Below, piece after piece: positions 57,248 to 64,000 of a stretch of DNA of 64,000 nt. The notes beneath the pieces were generated by a model. That model made no database searches. It had not been told where the DNA came from and saw nothing but the letters and a program-made list of their open reading frames with translations. The position numbers and the translations under genes were made by a program. The stretch spans positions 322,209 through 386,208 of the forward strand of contig JACOXT010000003.1 of assembly GCA_016182235.1 (NCBI GenBank), written 5' to 3'. Numbering within the stretch: the stretch's first letter is position 1; each line of letters opens with the position of its first letter. The DNA comes from Candidatus Levyibacteriota bacterium (lineage in GTDB: Bacteria > Patescibacteriota > Microgenomatia > Levybacterales > UBA12049).

Positions 57248-57901
57248 ATGGAGCCAATTAAATATCATCATGGTCAAACACAAACAAAAGATTGGGAAAA
57301 AGCATGTGTCAAAACAAGAAGAAGCCTTGCAAAACGGAATGGAAGAATTGTAGTGTTTGATATTCGAAAAAGTGATAAAGTTTTGGATCTGGGGTGCGGT
57401 GACGGACTTAATATAAAAATATTTAGGTCATTGGGAATAAGGAATGTTGTGGGAATTGATGTATCTTCTGACTTAATCTCCCAAGCAAGACATAGTAATC
57501 CAAAAGCGAAATTGTATGTTGGGTCAGCTGAAAAATTACCCTTTAAGAATGAAGAATTTGATGTTGTTTTTGTTGATTCGGTTTTTCATCATATAATTTT
57601 TTATGACAGAGTAATAAAAGAAATAAAAAGAGTATTGAAGAAAAATGGTTTACTATGTTTTATTGAGCCACATAGGTCAATATTCAGGTCATTTATTGAT
57701 TTTATTTGCATCCTGCCAATAAGCAAGTTTGTGCCCATTCTAAAAGATCGAAGAGAAGCATTTCTTGGTGAAATACACCTAATGACCCATTGGCTTGCGA
57801 CAGAAGAAGAATTTATAGACTCTCTTAAGAATAATGAATTTTCAGAGATATTTCAAAAGAAAAAGCTGTTGAGTATACTGGGAGAATTTCAAAGGAATTA
57901 A
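57248..57901 (+). CDS. class I SAM-dependent methyltransferase
   Basis: VLDLGCGDG, GIDVS, AEKLPF...FD, FHH, RVLK.NG...FIEP. Confidence 0.9.
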   Translation: MEPIKYHHGQTQTKDWEKACVKTRRSLAKRNGRIVVFDIRKSDKVLDLGCGDGLNIKIFRSLGIRNVVGIDVSSDLISQARHSNPKAKLYVGSAEKLPFKNEEFDVVFVDSVFHHIIFYDRVIKEIKRVLKKNGLLCFIEPHRSIFRSFIDFICILPISKFVPILKDRREAFLGEIHLMTHWLATEEEFIDSLKNNEFSEIFQKKKLLSILGEFQRN

Positions 57902-57902
57902 T

Positions 57903-59192
57903 ATGAACATTGCAATTATTGGGGCTGGGTTTACAGGATTATCCGCCGCATATAGTTTGTTAAGTAGCGGACATAAAGTTGTAGTCTTTGAAAAAAACAC
58001 TAAGCCTGGAGGCTTGGCAATGGGATTTAAAGTTAAAGGCTGGGATTGGACGCTTGAACAGCATTATCATCATTGGTTCACGAATGACTCACATATTATT
58101 AATCTTACAAAAGCATTGGGCTATGAGGTGTTGACTTACCGACCAAAAACTTCTGTGTATGTTGATTCAAAAAGTTATCAACTAGATTCTCTTTTGCAAG
58201 TACTAAAATTTCCAAGGCTTTCCTTTTTGGAGCGAGTTAGAATGAGTATTGGTCTGGGCCTTATTAGATATGACCCATTTTGGAGACCTCTTGAAGAATA
58301 TAGTATCGAGGAAATTTTGCCAAAATTAATCGGACAGAAATCATATAGCCTCCTTTGGAGGCCGCTTCTTGAAGCAAAATTTGGAAAATATGCAAAAGAT
58401 ATTTCTCTTGCTTGGTTTTGGGCAAGAGTCTCTAAAAGAACAAGCAGTCTTAGCTATCCATATGGAGGATTTTTGGCATTTGCGGAGTTTTTTTCAAAAA
58501 AAATAATAGAGTTAGGAGGAAAATTGTATTTTGGATGTGAAGTGTCAAATCTTTCTTCAAAAAAGGAAACAATATTGACCGTGGTTAATAAAAAGGGAAA
58601 GAATTATAAAGAAAAATTTGACGCGGTTATTGTCACTCTTCCTTCGATTTTTTTCATAAAAATGGCACCACAACTTCCTGATTCCTATAAAAACTCTCTT
58701 CTTATGCTCAAGGGTATAGGGGCAATTAATTTAATTCTTCGATTGAAGAAACAATTTCTTAGAGATAATATATATTGGTTGAGTATTTGCCAGAAGGCCC
58801 CAGTATTAGCTATTATTGAGCATACAAATTATATGGACAAAAAGTATTATAATAACGAACATCTTGTATATCTTGGGAATTATCTCTCTAGAGAGCATAA
58901 ATACTTTAATTACACTGCCTCTCAACTCCTAAAAGAATATGATCCATTTTTGCAAAAATTAAACTCGTCTTATAAGAAAATAGTTATCGATTTGCATCTT
59001 TTTAAGGCCACTTTCGCTCAGCCTGTTTATTATCGTAATTACTCTAAATATGTTCCCGCGATTACTACTCCATTGAAACATGTATATCTTGGGAATATTC
59101 AGCAAGTTTATCCTTGGGATAGAGGGACGACATATGCAGTAGAGCTTGGTGAAAAAGTCGCAAATGAATTGAAAAAAATAGAAATGGTATGA
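57903..59192 (+). CDS. FAD-dependent oxidoreductase (amine oxidase/HemY-like, PRK07233 type)
   Basis: IAIIGAGFTGLSAA, FEK...PGGLA, LEQHYHHWF..D, AQPV, YPWDRGT. Confidence 0.85.
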   Translation: MNIAIIGAGFTGLSAAYSLLSSGHKVVVFEKNTKPGGLAMGFKVKGWDWTLEQHYHHWFTNDSHIINLTKALGYEVLTYRPKTSVYVDSKSYQLDSLLQVLKFPRLSFLERVRMSIGLGLIRYDPFWRPLEEYSIEEILPKLIGQKSYSLLWRPLLEAKFGKYAKDISLAWFWARVSKRTSSLSYPYGGFLAFAEFFSKKIIELGGKLYFGCEVSNLSSKKETILTVVNKKGKNYKEKFDAVIVTLPSIFFIKMAPQLPDSYKNSLLMLKGIGAINLILRLKKQFLRDNIYWLSICQKAPVLAIIEHTNYMDKKYYNNEHLVYLGNYLSREHKYFNYTASQLLKEYDPFLQKLNSSYKKIVIDLHLFKATFAQPVYYRNYSKYVPAITTPLKHVYLGNIQQVYPWDRGTTYAVELGEKVANELKKIEMV

Positions 59193-59204
59193 TTTATTTA
59201 AATC

Positions 59205-61232
59205 ATGAATTGGAAAAAGGAAATTTTAATTTCGTTTTTAGTTCCGATTATCTATCTAATTTCTGCTTTTATTACAATTGGAAATTATGGAATAAGTTTC
59301 GATGAGCCTGCTCATTTTCGAAGAGGACAAGCATATCTTCATTATTTTTTAACAGGAAAAAAAGACTATTCTAATTTACCTCAAGATTACAGGATGAGCT
59401 TTTATCAAGATACTAACGAAGATGGAAGATTCTATGTAGATGCAAAAGAGCTGCAGAGTCATCCGCCAGTCAATGATACTCTTGCTGCGCTTGGAAATTA
59501 TGTATTGTTTCAAAAACTAGGAATAGTTGACGACGTAGGCTCACATCATGTATTCGGCATAATATGTGTGTCAGTGCTTATTCTAAGCGTATATTTATTT
59601 ACAAGACTAAATTATGGAATTTTTGCAGGATTTATTGCGGCTTTGTCAATATTTCTTTATCCGCTCTTTTTAGGAGAATCGCATTTCAACTTAAAAGACC
59701 CTCCACAAGCGACCTTCTTTGCATTAACAATTATATTTTTTTGGTTTGGGATTGTAAAAAAGAGTGCAAAGTCAATTTTAGCTTCGGCACTTTTTTGCGC
59801 TCTCGCTCTTGGTACAAAATTTAATGTGGTTTTTCTGCCTCTAATTCTTGGACCATGGCTTTTATCTATGGGAAAAAAGATTCTAAAATTTCCAGCTCGA
59901 ATTTATTGGGCATTAGGTTTTTTCCCTTTAATTGTTTTGTCTGTCTTTTTTCTAACGAATCCGAATCTGTGGGATGATACCTGGAATAGAATTGTCACTA
60001 TGGTTAGATTTTACTTAAGCGTTGGTACAAATGCAGGCGGTTCTCCTAACAATCAACCAGAGTTCTTGAAATTTGGATTTAATACATATCCTATCCTTGC
60101 AATTCTTTACAGCGTTCCGCTTGTTACTTTATTCTTTACCGTGCTTGGTATATTTTTTGTATTAAAAAATATAAAAAGAGATAAAACAGAGCTACTGGTT
60201 TTTCTATGGTTTTTAGTGCCAATTATTCGTGTTACGCTTCCAGGTTTTACTATCTATGGAGGAATTAGACATATTTTTGAATTTGTACCTGCGATGGGTA
60301 TTCTCGCCGGGATTGGAGGAAGTTTTTTTGCAAGATTGGTCTTTGATTTTGTAAATACAAATTTCAAAAAGATTGATAGAAAAATAGTTTCTTCTTCGAT
60401 TAAATTAGTTATTATTTTACTATTTGTACCGATAACCATAAAGCTTATTTCCATTCACCCAAATGAGAACGTATACTTTAATCCTCTCATAGGAGGATTA
60501 AGGGGTGCAGTTGAGAAAGACTTTCCATCTAGCGGCGCGAGCTTAGGGAATACTTATCAGCAGGGAGTTGTGTGGGTAAATAAATATGCGGAAAAGAATG
60601 CTTGTCTTGCAACACCGATCGGAATAATGGGAAATATTGCAAAGCCAAAGTTAAGGAATGATCTACGATATCACAACACATGTCAATCTGGTGTTGAGAG
60701 GAAAGGAGAGTATGCGATGGATATGGTATACAAAGATTATTTCAATGATATATATGCGTACAAATATTATCCTACATATTTATTCCCGGTATATGAGGTA
60801 AAAGTTGATGGAGTCGTAATATTTCAAATATTTAAAAATGACAAAAATTATTCGAAAGAATCCCTAATAAGAGAAGAGGAAATAGAGATAGAAAAAATTA
60901 TTGAAGAGAATGGAATAATAACTATTACTCTTCCAAAAAAGATAATACTTGCTGCAGTAGTTTTTGACTATACTCTAGAGAAAACATGTAACCCCATCTC
61001 TAGCGGTATTGTATTAACGTCTGTAGATGGAAAGACGTGGAGTAGGGAACACGACGATATAACTGTAGCCCACGGAAGAAGAAATTTTGTGCCTTCCGAT
61101 CAGAAAATAGAGCGCAGATTCACAGCAGTCTTGGCAAGATATATCTCTTTTCAAACAGATCTAAAAAAAGATTGTTTAGCTTCTTTTAAAAATACAAGAG
61201 TACTTTACCACCCAGATACTTATCCTTATTGA
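59205..61232 (+). CDS. GT-C (PMT/ArnT-like) membrane glycosyltransferase with large C-terminal extracytoplasmic domain
   Basis: YGISFDE..H, HPP, YPLFLGESHFNLKD.P, TKF, YGGIRH, HPNE..YFN; C-terminal S.DGKTW...ARYI. Confidence 0.8.
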   Translation: MNWKKEILISFLVPIIYLISAFITIGNYGISFDEPAHFRRGQAYLHYFLTGKKDYSNLPQDYRMSFYQDTNEDGRFYVDAKELQSHPPVNDTLAALGNYVLFQKLGIVDDVGSHHVFGIICVSVLILSVYLFTRLNYGIFAGFIAALSIFLYPLFLGESHFNLKDPPQATFFALTIIFFWFGIVKKSAKSILASALFCALALGTKFNVVFLPLILGPWLLSMGKKILKFPARIYWALGFFPLIVLSVFFLTNPNLWDDTWNRIVTMVRFYLSVGTNAGGSPNNQPEFLKFGFNTYPILAILYSVPLVTLFFTVLGIFFVLKNIKRDKTELLVFLWFLVPIIRVTLPGFTIYGGIRHIFEFVPAMGILAGIGGSFFARLVFDFVNTNFKKIDRKIVSSSIKLVIILLFVPITIKLISIHPNENVYFNPLIGGLRGAVEKDFPSSGASLGNTYQQGVVWVNKYAEKNACLATPIGIMGNIAKPKLRNDLRYHNTCQSGVERKGEYAMDMVYKDYFNDIYAYKYYPTYLFPVYEVKVDGVVIFQIFKNDKNYSKESLIREEEIEIEKIIEENGIITITLPKKIILAAVVFDYTLEKTCNPISSGIVLTSVDGKTWSREHDDITVAHGRRNFVPSDQKIERRFTAVLARYISFQTDLKKDCLASFKNTRVLYHPDTYPY

Positions 61233-61257
61233 GTTTTTGAAGACATATCATTATAAT
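61229..61257 (+). promoter_or_regulatory. sigma70-type promoter
   Basis: TTGAGT, 17 nt, TATAAT; ATG 61271 is 13 nt downstream. Confidence 0.6.
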
Positions 61258-61270
61258 TACGTGATACACA

Positions 61271-61996
61271 ATGTTAAAAGGTGGATTGTCGGTATTCTTG
61301 CCTACGTACAATGAAGAAGAAAATATCCAAAAGGCCGTAGAATCAATTTATAACTACATTGAAAAAAATATCCTCGATTTTGAACTTATTGTTGTTAATG
61401 ACGGATCAAAAGATAAAACCAAAGATATAGTTGAAAAACTCAAAAAAAAATATAAAAATTTGAGACTTATCAACCACACCAAAAATATGGGATATGGAAG
61501 AGCCTTAAGGTCCGGATTTGAGAATTCGAGAAAGAAGCATATATTTTATACTGATGCAGACAATCAATTTGATATAAGTGAAATAAAAAAACTTATTCCT
61601 CTTCTTAAGGAGTATGACATTGTAAGTGGATACAGAATTAAACGAAGAGATCCTCTTATGAGAATAATTATTGCCGACACTTACAATTTGTTGATAAGAA
61701 TACTTTTTAATCTTAAGATTCGAGATGTTGATGCATCGTTTAAAATTTATAAAAGAAGAATTTTCGATAATATTTCTTTGAAATCTAATACTGGGCTAAT
61801 TGATGCAGAAGTATTGATAAAATCCCTGAAAAATGGTTACTCGATTGGGCAAATAGGAGTTTCGCATTTCCCAAGGAGATTTGGACGAACTACGTACGAA
61901 GTCGGAACAAGGAATAAAATATTTGCGTTTGTTCGTCCTGAAGTTATTATTGATATTTTGAAAGAAATAAAAATACTTTGGAAGGAACTTAGATGA
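61271..61996 (+). CDS. GT2 polyprenol-phosphate glycosyltransferase (DPM/ArnC-like)
   Basis: LPTYNEE, VVNDGSKDKT, NMGYGRALRSG, YTDADNQFD, GYR..R.D, DVDASFK, HFPR. Confidence 0.9.
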   Translation: MLKGGLSVFLPTYNEEENIQKAVESIYNYIEKNILDFELIVVNDGSKDKTKDIVEKLKKKYKNLRLINHTKNMGYGRALRSGFENSRKKHIFYTDADNQFDISEIKKLIPLLKEYDIVSGYRIKRRDPLMRIIIADTYNLLIRILFNLKIRDVDASFKIYKRRIFDNISLKSNTGLIDAEVLIKSLKNGYSIGQIGVSHFPRRFGRTTYEVGTRNKIFAFVRPEVIIDILKEIKILWKELR

Positions 61997-62928
61997 AAAA
62001 AACAGTTCTTGTTACAGGAGGAGCAGGTTTTATTGGCTCATGGGTAACTGAAGAACTTTGCAATTTAGGGCGCAGTGTGCGTGTAATTGACAATCTGTCA
62101 TTTGGATTTAGAAAATTTGTTGATAAAAGAGCAGAATTCATTAATGGGTCAATTGGAGACAGAAAACTTATTGAGGATGTTTTGGATGGAGTTGATACAG
62201 TTATGCATCTGGCCGCATCAAGTATCATAAAATTTTCTTTTAATAAGCCAGAGGAATACTTTGAGAATAACATCACAAATGCTTTAGTTCTATTGGAAGC
62301 GATGAGAAAAAAAGGAGTTAATAAAATCGTCAATTCTTCTTCAGCAGCTATCTATGGAGAACCAGTAAGTATTCCAATTGAAGAGGCTGATCCTAAAGAA
62401 CCAATCACTCCTTATGGCGCTTCAAAGTTATCCTTCGAAAATATTCTTTCTTCCTACTATCATTCTTTTGGAATAGAAAGCGTGTCCCTTCGATACTTTA
62501 ACGCATATGGGCCTCGTGACGAACAGCAGCCAACAACAAGAGCGGTTCCAATTTGGATAAGGCAAATACTTAAAGGAAAACCAGTTTCGCTTTATTGGAA
62601 GGGAAAACAAGTTAGGGACTACGTTTTTGTAAAAGACATTGCACGGGCACACACAGCTGTTTTGCCTCTTAGGGGGTTTAGGGTTTACAATATAGGTTCT
62701 GGAGACGGAGTTCTAATGACAGATATACTACAATCTCTTTCAAAAATATCTGAAAAAAAAATTGTTATACAAGATATGGGGGAGAGAAAAGGAGATCCCA
62801 AGAAACTTGTTGCGGATATTTCCAGAATAAGGCGGGATGTTGGGTGGATTGCGAAAACAGACTTAGTTTCAGGACTAAGAGAAACTTATGAATATTATGA
62901 GTCAGTTTATAAGTCAAATCTACGTTAG
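61993..62928 (+). CDS. NAD-dependent sugar epimerase/dehydratase (GalE-like SDR)
   Basis: VTGGAGFIGS, HLAA, SSSAAIYG, PYGASK, LRYFNAYGP, RDYVFV.D. Confidence 0.9.
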   Translation: MKKTVLVTGGAGFIGSWVTEELCNLGRSVRVIDNLSFGFRKFVDKRAEFINGSIGDRKLIEDVLDGVDTVMHLAASSIIKFSFNKPEEYFENNITNALVLLEAMRKKGVNKIVNSSSAAIYGEPVSIPIEEADPKEPITPYGASKLSFENILSSYYHSFGIESVSLRYFNAYGPRDEQQPTTRAVPIWIRQILKGKPVSLYWKGKQVRDYVFVKDIARAHTAVLPLRGFRVYNIGSGDGVLMTDILQSLSKISEKKIVIQDMGERKGDPKKLVADISRIRRDVGWIAKTDLVSGLRETYEYYESVYKSNLR

Positions 62929-63496
62929 AATTAATGGAAGAGGTAAGATAGTTGCATTTATTGATAGAGATGGAACGATAGTTAAGGAGGTAAATTATCT
63001 TAGCAAAAAGGAACAAATTCAGATCCTCCCAAAGGTTGTTGAGGGGATCCAGCTACTAAATAAACATGGTGCTATTATTATAGTAATAACAAATCAACCA
63101 GTTGTTGCCAGAGGGTTTGCAGAAGTTGGAGATGTTAAGGATATTAATAACTTATTAGTAGAATTATTGCGAGAGAAGGGGGCAATCGTTAATGCCGTAT
63201 ACTTTTGTCCTCATCATCCATATGCCGATATTTTAAAATACAAGATGAGTTGTCTTTGTAGAAAACCAGAAATTGCAATGTTTGAAAGGAGCGCAGACGA
63301 TTTTCACATTGATTTGAAAAATGCTTATATCATTGGTGACACAACTCGCGATTTTCTTGCAGGGGAAAAATTGAAAATTCCAAGTATTTGCGTACAGACT
63401 GGATATAGAGGTAAAGACAATACATATCCAGTTGCCCCAGTGCACAAAGCTAAAACTTTCTTAGACGCAGTAAATATTATAATAAGTAAATTATGA
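62888..63496 (+). CDS. gmhB: D-glycero-D-manno-heptose-1,7-bisphosphate phosphatase-like HAD-IIIA hydrolase
   Basis: FIDRDGT, ITNQ, CPHHP...C.CRKP, IGD..RD. Start may be 62897. Confidence 0.82.
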   Translation: MNIMSQFISQIYVRINGRGKIVAFIDRDGTIVKEVNYLSKKEQIQILPKVVEGIQLLNKHGAIIIVITNQPVVARGFAEVGDVKDINNLLVELLREKGAIVNAVYFCPHHPYADILKYKMSCLCRKPEIAMFERSADDFHIDLKNAYIIGDTTRDFLAGEKLKIPSICVQTGYRGKDNTYPVAPVHKAKTFLDAVNIIISKL

Positions 63497-64000
63497 AAGC
63501 TGTTATTTTATGTGCGGGAAGAGGAGAAAGATTAAGACCTCTTACGAATAATATTCCTAAAGTGATGATCCCAATTGGCGGAAAACCATTGCTCGAGCGG
63601 CATATTGAGCATTTCTCTAAATTTGGTATAAAAAATTTTTTTATCAATTTACATTATTTACCCAATATCATAAAAAATCATTTCAGAGATGGAGGTAGAT
63701 TGGGAGTAAAAATAACCTATTCTTACGAAAATTCATTATTGGGAACAGGAGGAGTTCTGACTAAATTTAAAGAAAAATTAAATGAGCGATTTATACTGCT
63801 CTATGGTGACGTTTTTTCTTTATTAAATATTTACAAACTGGAGAGATTTCATATTGGAAAAAAATCTAAACTTACCATTGTTGTTAGAGAGACAGATCAT
63901 CCTCGAGATAGCGACCTTGTTGAGAGTGACGTAAATAAAAAAGTTAAAAACTTGTTTTTTAAACCACATGCTATGATTCCCAGGAAGTTTTTTGGAATCT
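63493..64000 (+). CDS. 3'-truncated sugar-phosphate nucleotidyltransferase (HddC/ManC-like); not in the ORF track
   Basis: ATG at 63493 overlaps the gmhB stop (ATGA) and translates MKAVILCAGRGERLRPLTNNIPKVMIPIGGKPLLE...LGTGG...YGD; open to the window end. Confidence 0.88.
   Translation, partial: MKAVILCAGRGERLRPLTNNIPKVMIPIGGKPLLERHIEHFSKFGIKNFFINLHYLPNIIKNHFRDGGRLGVKITYSYENSLLGTGGVLTKFKEKLNERFILLYGDVFSLLNIYKLERFHIGKKSKLTIVVRETDHPRDSDLVESDVNKKVKNLFFKPHAMIPRKFFGI

Noticed and set aside
57903..59192. Protoporphyrinogen oxidase (hemY) or phytoene desaturase
   Set aside because: Only the FAD-binding fold is shared, and there are no heme or carotenoid genes nearby.
1..64000. CRISPR array, diversity-generating retroelement, IS/transposase, integrase, tRNA/rRNA
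   Set aside because: No regularly spaced 25-45 bp repeats, no RT or recombinase motifs, no TR/VR-like pair differing only at adenines, and almost no intergenic space. Checked by eye only.
1..64000. Alternative genetic code (TGA=Gly, as in Gracilibacteria)
   Set aside because: Many full-length genes end in TGA at overlapping junctions, and code 11 gives near-complete coding density.

Overview
AT-rich, densely packed bacterial window (standard code, TGA used as stop). It is almost entirely one very large cell-surface glycosylation locus of about 53 CDS, mostly on the + strand with short or overlapping junctions. It holds 24 multi-pass membrane GT-C-fold glycosyltransferase-like genes (one partial): 6 ArnT/PMT-like 'DE-x3-GYNAYS', 7 'D-x-x-RD' type, 4 PTPS-related, 3 YfhO-like, and 4 singletons (DUF2079, MptA/B-like, two others). 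It also holds 9 GT2 (4 of polyprenol-phosphate glycosyltransferase type), 4 GT4, 2 Wzx-like flippases and sugar-nucleotide enzymes (GalE, second epimerase, RmlC-like cupin, DegT aminotransferase, FdtA/QdtA-like cupin, GmhB, partial nucleotidyltransferase), plus a choline/ethanolamine-kinase-like gene and an RDD gene fused to a pilin-like domain. Gene content suggests a Patescibacteria (CPR, probably Microgenomates) genome; this is inference. Beyond the genes, degenerate 7-8 nt tandem repeat tracts and one perfect 28-bp palindrome sit in frame inside coding regions, several at places where the protein is longer than its paralogs. There is also a REP-like double hairpin, and several sigma70 promoters lie 6-13 nt from start codons. 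No rRNA, tRNA, CRISPR array or transposase was recognised. Family calls come from motif recognition by eye, not database searches.
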